DNA of 64,000 nt from Octopus vulgaris (Eukaryota). Under the pieces are notes generated by a model. It was not told where the DNA came from. It made no database searches and was given only the letters and a program-made list of their open reading frames with translations. Where the stretch lies: NCBI GenBank assembly GCA_951406725.2, contig OX597816.1, positions 142,042,001 through 142,106,000 on the forward strand. Reading direction: 5' to 3'. Shown here piece by piece: positions 38,181-51,693 of this stretch; position 1 is the first letter of the stretch; each line of letters opens with the position of its first letter. Made by a program: the position numbers and the translations under genes.

Positions 38181-40921
38181 TTCTTTAAAAAAACATCTAA
38201 ATTCCTTTAAATGAAATAATTGAAAAGAATTTTTGATGACATAATTCCTTCCATTCAATTTTCCGTAACTATCCCAAATTTGCAGGCATTACAAGCAAGT
38301 GGAAATAATAAAATAATGATAAAGATGTTGGTGTTACGAATATTACAGAAGGAGGTGTAATATGAATTATAAGTATCAGAAGCAAAAAAGTAGAACAAAC
38401 TAAAACAGGTATTTTAAGCATCTAAACCAATTATTGATCAAGATGAAATCAAACAAAATATGGTTGATTGGGTTCAATCAAAGGTCTAATTTAATATCAT
38501 AAAATGCCACATTTTACTTTTTTAACCTTTCTCCTTAGCCCCAGTTACGATTTAGCTGATTGGTTGGTCTAATAATGACTGAATAAAAATTGTTAGTTGC
38601 AAAGTGAGAATATATTCATTAACTCACCTATGTTTCATCTTGGTTTTCTGATGAGAATTTTATTAGTTCTGGATCACTTGCCACTCAGCTCATTCTGTGT
38701 CAACCTTCATTAATGAGTATGTTTTTTTCTAGTTTGAACTTTATTTATTTTTCTCATTTTTCTTTAACAAGGGTACAAAAATGATGATTCAATCCTATCT
38801 TGAGAAACTAATGAATAAGTAACTGATCTACTCAGAACATACATGACCTTAAAGGACAAGAATATTATTTCGATGAGATTTCTAAACAAACACTTATGTA
38901 ACCTGACATTGTCTATCTTCTGTAATCTCGTAAAAATTAGTGACTTTTGTGTCAATTAACTGACATAGCTTCTTGGCCAGAAAATGGAAATAAAGTAAGT
39001 TTGATTCAAGGACAATAATAAATAAATGGAACTGACTCATATATTTTCAGAATTTATTGGTAGATTTCTTGTTTTATGTCAGCATTAAATGTCTACAAAT
39101 TACTAGACACCATATTGATAAACTAGGCAAAGAAACTATTGATGTCACTAATGGAAGTCATAACATTTGGTTAGAACATTGGTTCTAGATAGTAAAGGTA
39201 AAGACAAGAATCAAAGGTTAGACCTAAGATCAACATTTATGTTTTACTTTTTGTAACTTGACCTCCAATACTGACTCTCAATCTAAAATGTTAGGGCTAG
39301 AAGTTGATTAGTTATTGTAAAAAGTCTTTAGAAAAATATTGATTTACCATTACTGCTAAAGCCAAAAGACAAAGTTATTCGTCAGCCCTTAATAAATATC
39401 CCATAATAGTCTAGCATCTACTGACCAAACATAGAATCATAATCTTTTCTTATTTTATTATTTTTGTAATTAAATATGAATTAATAATTTCTGCTGAGGA
39501 AACAAAAGGCCAATCTATGAATGAAAAGGATTATAGTTGGTTGAACAGATGCAATATGTAACTGGTACTTACTATATGAACCCTGAATGAAGTATTACAA
39601 TACGTTTACATTCATACCCTGCTTCTTCAAACAAGTCCACTGAAGCAGACTAAATGAAATTAAAACTAAAAAGTATTATCAAATTATGTGCTTTAAATAT
39701 GTGTTGGCAGACTGAAACCATAACTGCTATATTGTGAAGCTTGGTGTAGTCTTCTTGATTGCCAACTACTATTAAGCCATGCAATCCATACCAGCATGGA
39801 AAACGGACATGTGATGATGATGATGATGATCCAGTTTCATATTATGAAACAACAGAATTTTGCCATCCCCCAAAATTCTGCTAATTCCAATTTAGCAAAG
39901 ACCTAAGAAGCTAGTGAATGAAATTATCTAAGTTGCTTTGGACATTTGATTTTTAAAAAAAACTCTTTCTTGTTTAGGTTAGCTTGAAATAGAAAAAAAT
40001 AACTGGAGTAATTTGTTCATGTCACTTCAATAAATGATATGTGAAAAACTAACTGGATAAGCATCACAGATGTTTTCTCTATAAGATTCCATTATTGTTA
40101 TAATGTAATTCAGCTAGAGATTGTGCAGATTTGTGGTTAACATGCTACCATACATTCTCTGTCTTTTTTTTTTTTCCTTTTGCTCTCATACATACATATG
40201 GCTGCTTGTGACAACATCAGACAGATTATCTTACCAGAACAGAGCAAGCATTGTTAAAAAAACATGAATAAAGAGACAGCTAAATAGAAAAAAAAAACAG
40301 ATCTGAAAATAAAGATTGGTCTGTTTCATTGAATCAATTTTCTTATATAACTTTCCTATTTAACAATGAAATAAGGAAAGATGTCTTATGTAAAGTATTG
40401 TAATAGACTGTATTTTAATGGCAGATACTGCTTCCGTAGGGATATGGCATAAAAATATGGTATACAGCGATGACATAACTGCATCTATTGTTGGCATATA
40501 CTACTGAAACAGTGGTATTAATGACTGAACCACAAGATATATCTATCAGTAAAATAAAGTCTGATGGAGCCTGCCTTTATGTGATTGCTCAACTTGTACA
40601 AGAACAGAAAAATGGAAAGAAAATGGAAAAAGCATCCAAATTTCCCCTGAAACACATTTTAACTTCTTAAAGAAGACTTGCTGGACTTCAGAAAATTCCA
40701 TGGGAAATATGATTTATTCATGATAACTATAAAATCACTATAACAAATAGTAAAAAGAAAAAGAAACACAAAGGAGAGAACAATGCTATCACTGCTTCTA
40801 CCATTATCATGACTACCTACAACAAACAAACAACTGCTACCACCATTAGTAGCCAACACCATTACTCTAACAACAAAGGGACAAATGATACCATGAAAGC
40901 CACTACCAGCAATAATAATAA

Positions 40922-41255
40922 TCCTTTCTTCTATAGGCACAAGGCCTGAATTTTGGTAGTAGGGAGCTAGTCAATTACACTGACTCCAGTACTTGACTAG
41001 AACTTATTTTTATAGACCCTGAAAAAAGGAAAAGCAAAGTCAACTTCAGTGGCCATTGAACTCAGACCGTAAAGACAGATAAAATGCCACTAAGCATTTT
41101 GCCCGGTGTGCTAACAATTCTGCTAGCTTACCTCCTTATCAGTAATAATAATGATGATGATGGTTTCAAATTTTGGCACCAGGTCAGCAGTTTCAGGAAA
41201 TCAATCCCAGTGTTCAAGTGGTATTTATTTTATTGATCCTGAAAGGATGAAAGTA
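40922..41255 (-). mobile_element. SINE family B, one full and one partial copy
   Basis: (AAT)n-CCTTTCT.CTATAGGCACAAGGCCTGAA..GCTAACAATTCTGCTAGCT. Confidence 0.8.
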
Positions 41256-41807
41256 TGCCTTGATGCAATACCAGACAGTGGCTCTCATGGCTTCTAATCT
41301 TAACTGATTGGAAGTGCTATCATGTTCATGTTTTATCTAGGTATAAAAGATGGGCTACAGCAAATATTCTGCTCAATACCACAGATTTGTTTGTCAGTTG
41401 CTTAAACAATTGAGCATGTCCCTTTGTGGTTGACGATTTGTGCATCTCTGATTGTGAGCAGAAGTAGTGGGAGAACATCATAGCCATGTGTTGAGAGGAA
41501 TTCTTTTGAGTTTGAATAATTCAACTCTGGAAATATAGGTGTTTCATTCACCATCCTTAAACAACACTTATTCAGGGACCTTTAGAGCAGGATGGGCTAC
41601 TTAACCTGAAGAAAATCCTAACAGAGCCCCACCTGCAAGGTCATGCACTGTTTATCTCGATATGAGATCACCATGACACAAACATATAGTTGTGATGCAT
41701 GTGCTTGGTGTACCCTTATCAGACGGGTAGTCATGATGGGTATATTAGGCTTTGTATATTTGTACCCCATTGTCACTATAGTGGCATGCACTGCTCTCTT
41801 ACTCAAG

Positions 41808-42260
41808 GAGAAGGAAGAGGATATAAAATGTTGTGGGACATAACCATCAAGTGTAACCATTTTATTGTGACTAGAAAACCTAACATTGTGCTCATAGAAA
41901 AGAAGAAGAATAAAGTAATTATTGTGGATATTGCTTCACCATAGAACCACAGGGTGAATGAGGAGAATGAGAAAATGGAGAAATATCAGGAGGTGAAGTG
42001 GGAAATCAGGAAAGTTTGTAGAATCAGGCACTTAGAAGTGGTACCGATTGTGGTTGGTGCACTGGGAGCTGTTAGGAAAAGGTTGGATGCATAGCTTGAG
42101 AAGCTAGGAATTACCATCAGAATGGGGCTGTTGCAGAAAACAGCCTTGTTAGGATTCTTAGGAGGGTGTTAGAAAGTTGAAGGGCAAGGAATGACCCAAA
42201 GGATCTTTGGCTATTGGATATGGATTGCTCTTTTGGTACAGTCTTGGTATAACATTTGCC
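41808..42260 (+). mobile_element. R4/Dong-type (restriction-like endonuclease) non-LTR element, 3' fragment
   Basis: MLWDITIKCNHFIVTRKPNIVLIEKK..IIVDIASP*N..EKMEKYQEVKWEIRKV..LEVVPIVVGALG..LEKLGI..LQKTALLG, matching the RLE pattern RPD..IIDIA.P..EK..KY..VVPIV.GALG. Confidence 0.75.
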
Positions 42261-42827
42261 AGAGCAAAAGTGCCACTGAAAATAATAATGTTACAAAATG
42301 TAACAACCACTTTTTTCATGTTGAAATTTATGAAGAGAATGTCCAAGTTTAGTCTTGGTATATGTTTTTTCATAGATGATTTTTAAAAATATAAATTTTA
42401 GTTCAATGTAAAAAAATATTCAATTTTTCATCTTTGTTTCTTTAGTACTACTACAACCATCACCATCACCATGATGGAAAACATGAATTATTCATGTTCA
42501 TTCTGCAATCATTACAAAATCTAGAAATATATGTATAGTTCACATTTTTTTTATTTGAGTATCAATTAATTTTTTCAGTTATTTAACAGTGTACAACAAA
42601 AACAAAATTAATCTTTAAGAATTCATTTTAAGTTATTTTTTAAACTTTAACCAGTTTCTATTCCATAATAAAAACATGAATATGCCAGAGGTGAAGAAAA
42701 TTCTTATACTTAAGTGTCGTTGTAATCAGACTTATTAAACTCAAAATCTGTGATGTAATATACATATTTAAGTGTTTATTTCAAATAAAACTCAACAAAA
42801 ATGAGACATCTTGATGAATCATTATCA

Positions 42828-43265
42828 TATCATCATCATTTAGCGTGCATTTTCCATGCTGGCATGAGTTAGAAGGTTTGACTGGAACTGGTAAGCCAGA
42901 AAACTGCATCAAGTTCCAGTCTATTTTGGTTTGGTTTTTATGACTGGATGCCCTTCCTAATGCCAACCACTTCACAGAGTGTCACCAGCACAGATGCTTT
43001 TAATGGCACAGATTCAGGTACCTTTTCACTGGCACAGGTACCTTTTCACTGGCACAGGTACCTTTTCACTGGCACAGGTACCTTTTCACTGGCACAGGTA
43101 CCTTTTGCAAGTCACTGGCACATGTACCTTTTACATGTCACTGGCACAGGTGCCTCATACATGCCACTGGCACTGGCCATAACTATGATTTCACTTAATG
43201 TGACATGTCCTCTCAAGCACCGCAAATCACCAAAAGTCTCTGTCGCTTGTCACTGCCTCATGGAG
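42828..43265 (-). mobile_element. Diverged RTE 3'-UTR copy with an internal 20-bp tandem repeat
   Basis: (CAT)n tail and GGATGCCCTTCCTAATGCCAACCAC. (CAGGTACCTTTTCACTGGCA) occurs ~4 times plus variants at 43015-43150. Confidence 0.75.
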
Positions 43266-43279
43266 AAAATTAAAAAAAG

Positions 43280-43750
43280 GTGCAGGAGTGGCTGTGTGGT
43301 AAGTAGCTTGCTTACCTACCACATGGTTCCAGGTTCATTCTCACTGCATGGCACCTTGGGCAAATATCTTCTACTATAGCCTCGGACCGACTAAAGCCTT
43401 GTGAGTAGATTTGGTAGACGGAAACTGAAGGAAGTCCATTGTATATATGTGTATATATATATATATATATTTCCACAATTACAGCCAACGAATCTAGTCA
43501 ATGCACAAGACAGCCATTATGCATCCCCCACAAAACACCACCACGTGGACTCTGTTGAGACTAGTAAGAAACAATTATGAACATTTTTATTACACTTAAC
43601 TTTTAAAAATATTTTTGATAAGGTTAGTTTTTTCAAGAACCGAAACATGTAAAATTTCTAAGAAAATTAAATTTTATCTTATACAGTGGCGTTTTCAAAC
43701 TTCTTTTTTAGAAATATATGCCCACTCATATACCACCTACACTTATTATA

Positions 43751-43817
<67 letters not shown>

Positions 43818-44035
43818 GTATGTGTGTGTATGTTTGTTTGTCTGTGTTTGTCCCCCCAACATCGTTTGACAACTGATGGTGGTGTGTTTACATCCCTGTA
43901 ACTTAGCAGTTCAGCAAAAGCGACCAATAGAATAAGTACTAGGCTTACAAAGAATAATTCTTGGGGTCGATATGCTCGACTGAAGGCAGTGCTCCAGCAT
44001 GGCCACAGCCAAATGACTGAAACAAGTAAAGAGAG
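43280..44035 (+). mobile_element. SINE family A interrupted by a ~280-bp hammerhead-bearing insert (~43470-43750)
   Basis: Head at 43280-43445 and tail at 43810-44035; the insert lies within the internal (TA)n. Confidence 0.8.
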
Positions 44036-44414
44036 TGAGAGTATGCTAGTAGTCATGACATGGAAGTGAAAGCAACACTGCCATCACCAGTAATCAAGAC
44101 AACCATTATAACAACAAATAAGCATCACCACTTCTCTTTCTCTCCCTCTTTCTCTTTCCCCTCACTCCATTTACCATCATCATCACTGTCACAGGAGCTT
44201 ATGCCACTGCCACAACTATTTTCAGCTTCTTACTCTGAGTTACTTCCCCTACTGCAATGGATCCCTTATGTTAAAACTACAGTATTTATGACAGGATGGT
44301 CATGGCTGGAAGACCTTGGGTAATAAGTCTGCATAGTTAGGGTTCTCTTGCAGTTAAACAATAATAATAACAGAACCTAGTAAAACAAGATATAATAAAA
44401 ATGGGTGTCTAGAA

Positions 44415-44567
44415 GCGGGTGTGGCTGTGTGGTAAGAGGTTGGCTTCCAAACTACATGGTTCTGGGTTCAGTCCCCACTGTGTGACGCCTTGGGCAGATG
44501 TCTTCTATTATAGCCCCGGGCTAATCAAAGCCTTGTGATTGGATTTATTAGGCAGAAATAGAAAGAA

Positions 44568-44607
<40 letters not shown>

Positions 44608-44795
44608 GTCCTATAACCACTTGAAATCAATGTTGGCTTTTTTAATATTCCTGTAATTTAACAGTTCAGCAAAGTTCCAGAATAAGTCCCAGGATTTAAA
44701 AATAAGTAGTAGGATCAATATGTTTTACTAAACCTTTCAAGGTGGTGCCCTTGCATGGCTTCAGTCCAATGACTGAAGCAAATAAAAGATAACAA
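44415..44795 (+). mobile_element. SINE family A
   Basis: Head, (TG)n and tail as in the other copies. Confidence 0.85.
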
Positions 44796-44869
44796 TAAAG
44801 TATAAACAACTTTTAACCATTAGCATAAATAAAACGAGACATATATTCTATAAATATTCCAGTCATTAA

Positions 44870-45080
44870 TGGTTTCAAATTTTGTCACAAGGCCAGCAAG
44901 TTTAGGGGAGGGTGATAGTCAATTATATTGAAACCAGTATTCAACTGATTCTTATTTTTATCAACCCTGAAAGATGAAAGACAAAGTTGACCTGAGCAGA
45001 ATTTGAACTCAGAATGTAAAGACAAACGAAATGCTGCTAAGCATTTTGTCAGGCATGCTTATGGTTCTGCCAGCTTCCAG
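44870..45080 (-). mobile_element. SINE family B
   Basis: GGTTTCAAATTTTG..GAAAGACAAAGTTGACC..GGTTCTGCCAGCT. Confidence 0.8.
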
Positions 45081-45769
45081 CTTTATTCCAGTCAATAATG
45101 ACAATGTACCATCAGTTATTGTAAAGAACATAAGAGATTCTAGAGCTGAAAAATCTAACCAAATTTACTCACCACCTGTTCACACATGCCTCAGTTGCCT
45201 TCTATTGTAAAACACAGATAAAGTACCCAAATCCAAACCAGATGCTTGACCTCACTCTACCTGGTGACCTTTCAGAATAGTACATATCTATAACAATAAA
45301 CAAGATTGCATTTCAAAGATGGGAGTTCCTCATCTACAAAGCCTTATGCTATTGTCAATAAATTAATATTATAAGGTTCTTTCCAGGGATGATACAGTCG
45401 AGATAGTAGATCTATGTTGAATCATTGACTATAAACACATTGATTCTTTTCACATGCAAGACAATGCAAAATAAAATATTGATTTTGTATATGATATGAA
45501 CAATATATTTATCCCAAATATACAGTTGTCATATCAAAAAGTGATATCTAACATTCATTTCAGTGTGGTGATTTATAGAGTACAGCTGCAATGCAGTTGT
45601 ACCAACAAAAGACAATACCTAAAGCAAGTCTTTCAACTTCCTTAACTGAAAAATGTTCACCAAACACTGCAATACCTACAAGATAACTATTAGGAAAGTA
45701 AAGAATACTTTTGTAAACTGCATGACCAGTAAGCCCTTTCATCTCCCAAGTTACAGCTGAATCTTCATG

Positions 45770-46560
45770 TCTTTACTATAGGAATCCTCCTATCTCGCCA
45801 CAATGATTTCATCTGTTTCTATCTCTTGGATTAGAAAATTTCAGTCATACTTTTCAATTGCGGTGTATACTAATAGAGCTATCTTCAGTCTCCACTCTAT
45901 CAACTTTAGTTTGGTTTATATTTCCTTGCTCTTGCTTCTGTGCATTAATGACCTGTATGCTGGTGCATATAACCATTCACACCCCAACACAAATTATTCT
46001 ACCCTTTCTCATCCTTAACCTTCCAAAGACAGGCATCATCCTCACTAAACGTGTAGTGCTGTCATGCACAGATGCCTTGAAAACAGCCACCAATAGAGAT
46101 ATGACAACCTAATATCCTTTAACAGTTGCAACATTCATTGAACAAATAGCCTTGCACTACATTCTTCCTATTTATGAAAAACAATAAAATACTCAAAATC
46201 AATTGAAATGCTTGGCACATCATTCCCAATATAGTGCTCATAATGACCTTGCCAAAACTATATCTCAAAACCATAAAATATGAAACACTTTAGAGTTGAT
46301 CCTTTGCAAAGTTTAAATGTAACTAACATTAGAGTAGTGAATGCTTTTATACATAGAATGGTGCAGCTGCTAAATGTATAATCATCCAATACTGCATCCA
46401 AAAAGAAACCATGCAGTTGACTGGAAAAAATTTACAGATCAACATACTACAACCATTGACTTGCAGATAAGATGTTTCTTCCTTATATCTCTTCTAATGC
46501 TACTATAACACCTTCTGCTCCACTGAATTAGCAAGCTGCCTACAACTTTTGTTCCAATCC
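45770..46560 (+). mobile_element. Very old Jockey/CR1-group LINE remnant
   Basis: SWIRKF..SIAV and LLLLCINDL; parallels the 36690-37700 remnant. Confidence 0.4.
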
Positions 46561-49500
46561 CCTTGATGCACCTGTCTCTAATATTTCCTACAAACATCCA
46601 TCTTCAGAAGTACAAACTGAACAGCCAACAACCCAATATCTTGAGACTTCAAGAGCCTACAAAGGTCATAAAGACACCACCTCTTCCAACCAGTTAATAA
46701 AAAAATTACAATGTTACCATATGAACTTTTAAACATGTTTCCTTAAAACAATACTTGATAATGAATGTTTCCAAATCTTGCAGATTAACATTTGATCTGC
46801 TAACATATGTTATCCAAAGTAGCTCTCTTTTAAGGCTCTTCCAAGTGAAATTACACCAAAGGTATTGTAGGATGTTTGTTAATCTATGGTGGTAACATGT
46901 TCTTACTGCCACCTGCTGAGTATTTCTATGCATATACCATCAGTACACCTGTTCAATATAGTTGTTACATTCTTCCTACTCATGTATTACACACAGAGAA
47001 AGTATTTAAAGTTACTCAGTATGCTTAACCTCATAAAATCTAATGACATTCAGTGCTGGTCATGCATCTACATTATAATTAAGACTGCATTTCAAAGACC
47101 AGGATTTTACTTCTGGATTATTAGTTGCTAACCATCTTTGGAGCTTAAGTGTTAGTATACTGCCCTCAGCTCACACAAAATGAGGTAGACTGAACCAAGA
47201 AGACTGCTATGTCTAGTCCAGGGCAGGATACACTGTTTGAACTCATTACTGTAAGATAATGCATCATCCGAGCTTCATATACATTATGCCTCTATCACAT
47301 ATTAAGATAAAACTGAGCTTGAACAAACTTTTACACAAATATTCTTTAACTTACTTACATTCCAACAAGTCTCCATCTAATGGAACAAGAATATTCCTTA
47401 TTTATCTTCATTAAACTCAAAACTAAACAGTTTTAGCATGACTAATATTTCTAGAATACAACATGTTAATCTATTCCAAGAACATAATGATCTTTTGACC
47501 AATAACCCCAAAAAAAATAATGCATTCTTCATAATATTTGAGGACAATTCTAATGAGTCATTAGTGTGTAAGTTTGGGACAGATCTTATCATAAGCCAAA
47601 CTAAAAATGACAACCTACCTCTGACTTCCAAAATCAACTTTACCTTGCACTAAATGGTAGAGGTCAATTTAACCAAACATGAGTGTATCACAGCAGTTAT
47701 CAAAAGTGTTTAGAAAGCTGAAATATTTAAAATTTAAGAAAAAAAAATTAATACTACTATAAACTTCATTCTGAAAGAACTTCCGGTATTTAATGAAAAT
47801 CAATAAATAAGAGATAATTTCAAACTATAGACTGAAAACATCAGAAAATGGACTGAATGTACAGAACTAGATGAGAAAGAGAGTGTATGACAATAACTTG
47901 TATCAAAATTAAAAGACAAGATTTATGTTATGCTGATATTTAAATTAGTGTGGCAATGGTGGTGATGGTGTAGAAGAAATGGTAAAACACTAGTCAAAAT
48001 TATATTTAATTTTATCAGTCTACATTCTGAATTCAAATCCTGCAAGGTCAATTTTGTATTTCATTTCTTCTGGAGAAATAAAATGAGTAAATGTCATTAA
48101 GATTTTAATGTTCTGGACAACTAATCACTTTAGAATATATTATTTATAATATTTATATTATTTTAAATGGTTCAATCTCTAATCATCATCATGAATTATT
48201 CTTTAATATGTGCATAAGCCTAGTTTGAATCTCATCTAAAACTAATCAAATTAATTAAAATGTAGTGGAGATAAAAATTCTAATAAAACTAATCAGAGAT
48301 CAAATTAATCAAGATTTAGTATAGGTAAACATTCTAAAAATGAAATTAATAATCTAGAAAATTATAATCTTAATTGTTGGTTTGTTGATAATCTTACGAG
48401 TTCAAGAAAGACAATTCTGCAATTCCTCATTGAACAACTTGCACACATGATTTGTTTATAGTGATCAAAGGTTTGTGCTGAACATTAGCTTACTCCTGCC
48501 ATGAAATTGATATTGCCTGTACAGATGCAAGGTTTGCCACAAGTCAGATGTTGAAGTGACAGCAGAGCAATATGAAATGAAGTGCTTTGTTCAAGAAAGC
48601 AATGCACGGCCTGGTATAGAATCAAAACCAGTCTCGCAAATTTTTGTGAGTGCAGCAATCCAACCACTAGATTAATAAACACCCTCAATAATCTTAACAA
48701 CTCAATTGAAACATCTAATCAAGCAGTAATCATATAGTGGGATTGATTCTACTGCAAGTAATTATGACAATTGAAATTCTTTAGGTTATTGACTCTGATA
48801 CTTTCCAGGAGTCCAATATTTGCATGCATTCATATCATTAAGATGGTTTTTAACTTATAACCTTACAACACCTAAAAAAACAATTAGAATGATTAAATAA
48901 TTGAACTCAATAAAACAAAATAGCAGACACACAAACGATGTAGTGGATAGAGTAAAGAATTTATGTCATTCCAGAAATATAGAAAAATATAGCGCTCTGC
49001 TCTAAGTGTATGATATTGTACCAATTAAGAAATTGTTATAAACACAAAGCAGAAACAAAAGAAAACAAAGAAAAATATGAAAATTTCTTTAGAATATTTT
49101 GATATCTGAGTCCCATCTTGTATTTAATGTGACATTATATAAAATATAATTTAGAGCTTATACCGGGGGGAACCATTTAGTGATATACTAAATTTTTTTA
49201 TGAGTGGGATCCCATCACATTTACATTTCAATGAAATACCCAATTACTTTGTTAACACACACACACTCTCTCTTTCTCTCTCTCTCTCCCTCTCTCCCTC
49301 ACTATCAATAGCTGTTAGTCAATAATCAATATATTCCTGTACAGCTGATTCATCTATCGAGTCCTTGGTATTTTTACATAATAACCCAGAGGTTGGCAAA
49401 CATTTTTGGAGGTAGGCCAGATAAGAAATTTTTTTTTATGTCTTATGGGTGAAAGTGAATAAAACAAAATGAAATCATGATCAATACAAGACTACAGTTT

Positions 49501-49884
49501 TTACTTTTGAGTTTTCTTTAAATGTCATCTTTTGGAATGAAGGAATCTCAACATTTAACAACATAAGAATTGGCGTGTACCATGTATATCACAAGCAGTG
49601 AAGAGTTAAAGTATGAATGGAAGAAATTGTGACTTAGAGGTAAATAATGGTGCCAGCCAGTCTACCTGTTTTCTTTAAATACATGTAAATATTTTTGAGT
49701 CGCTCCTGCTTTTCATGAAAACTATATTGAAACAGCATATGAGACATTCTTAGTCTCTGTTGCTCTATTCAGTTAGGAAGGTGTAAACATTTGCTGCTTA
49801 AAATACTGTATCTGGAGAAACTCTAATTTTTTTACCAAGTGTAGGATTCTCACTCTTTTTCCATTAGCATTAAACATTGTTACA

Positions 49885-50072
49885 AGGCAGTGAGCTGGCA
49901 GAATCATTAGCATACCAGGCAAAATGCTTAGTGACATTTTGTTCATCATCACATTCTGAGTTCAAATTGCCTTTTATCCTTTTGGAGTCAATAAAATAAG
50001 TACAAGTTGAGTACTGGGGTTGATGTAATTGACCTACCCCCACCTCTTGTGCCAAAATTTGAAATCAATATT
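49885..50072 (+). mobile_element. SINE family B
   Basis: GGCAGTGAGCTGGCAGAATCATTAGCA..GAGTTCAAATT..CTTGTGCCAAAATTTGAAATC. Confidence 0.8.
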
Positions 50073-50629
50073 AAACATTGTTTCATTTGAAGCCACTGAA
50101 AATAGAATGATACAGTTTGTTAACAATAGATAAATAAAACAAAACATTTGTAACATCATAAATTAAATAAAGTCAGCAGCCTGGATGAAATGAGGTAGCA
50201 GGTGAGAGTTGTATATATGTATACATATATACATGATTGACCGCTAAATCCAAAAGTTTTTTATTCTCTCTCTGTATATTTCCTCATGTTCCTTTCTGTT
50301 GAAGAGCATAGGCTCAAAGCATAAAAGACTTTCTCACCTTCCCATGTATCAAACTAATACACCTGTTCGTTGTTTGTACACCTGTCTTCATATTTTGTTT
50401 TTCTGTAAATTTCAACTATATATATATGTAAAAGAATTTCAATACCATATCAAAAAGTAAAACTACATTTTTCCACTAGAATGGAAAGCGGACGTTAAAC
50501 GATGATGATGATGATATTATTATTTTAATTAAAATATTTCTTAACCCATAAAAAAATATACTAATTTACTAAACCCCTTACAAAAACAAAAATTATCAAT
50601 AGACACAGCAAATTATATATATATATATA

Positions 50630-50707
<78 letters not shown>

Positions 50708-50711
50708 AAAA

Positions 50712-51089
50712 TACACCAGTGCTAGAATGGGATGACACTGCATAGTGCCAAAGATCCCAGCAATGCCATCACGCTTCAGGACCAGTTACTGCAACAGCCT
50801 GGGTTTCAAGGGCCGACAGCTTTTTAATATTCTCCCAAAGAGTCTGAGGAACTTGCACAAGGTAGATGTAGGGGTTTATAAATCAAAGCTGGACCTCTTC
50901 CTGTCAAAAGTCCCAGATGAACCTACCTCACGCCAAGAGGTGCAAATGAGGATAGCTATATGAAAATTCATTCTTCACCAAGTGCCACATACTAGGGGAG
51001 GCTCTTAGTAATAACAGTGTAGCAAAACGGCGGTGCATCAGCATGGCCGCAGCTCTGAGCTGAAACTAGAAAATAAAAAAAAAATAAAA

Positions 51090-51092
<3 letters not shown>
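50712..51092 (+). mobile_element. C-terminus, 3' UTR and poly(A) of a CR1-type LINE, inverted relative to the body
   Basis: YTSARMG*HCIVPKIP..RTSYCNSLGFKGRQLFNILPKSLRN..KSKLDLFLSKVPDEP, then a tail ..CAGCATGGCCGCAGCTCTGAGCTGAAACTAG followed by an A-rich run. Confidence 0.8.
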
Positions 51093-51172
<80 letters not shown>

Positions 51173-51181
51173 GTATGTATG

Positions 51182-51214
<33 letters not shown>

Positions 51215-51283
51215 ATATATATATGTATGTATATATATATATGTATATATATATGTATATATATATGTATATATATATGTATG

Positions 51284-51314
<31 letters not shown>

Positions 51315-51532
51315 GTATGTATATATATATATATAGTATGTATATATATATGTATGTATATATATATATATATGTATGTATATATATATGTATGTATATA
51401 TATATGTATGTATATACATATATGTATGTATATATATATGTATGTATATACATATATGTATGTATATATATATATATGTATGTATATATATATATGTATG
51501 TATATATATATATGTATGTATATATATATATG

Positions 51533-51581
<49 letters not shown>

Positions 51582-51582
51582 G

Positions 51583-51637
<55 letters not shown>

Positions 51638-51640
51638 TAT
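51093..51640. repeat. (TA)n/(TATG)n microsatellite
   Basis: Direct reading. Confidence 0.95.
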
Positions 51641-51693
51641 ATGTAGAAAAATACAAACTGGGACAAGAAAGTAAAACATTTAGAAGACGATAC

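Noticed and set aside
45560-47653. Short protein-like ORFs (45560-45742, 46706-46933, 47438-47653) as host exons
   Set aside because: No recognisable domain or consistent splice phase; lengths are within chance expectation.
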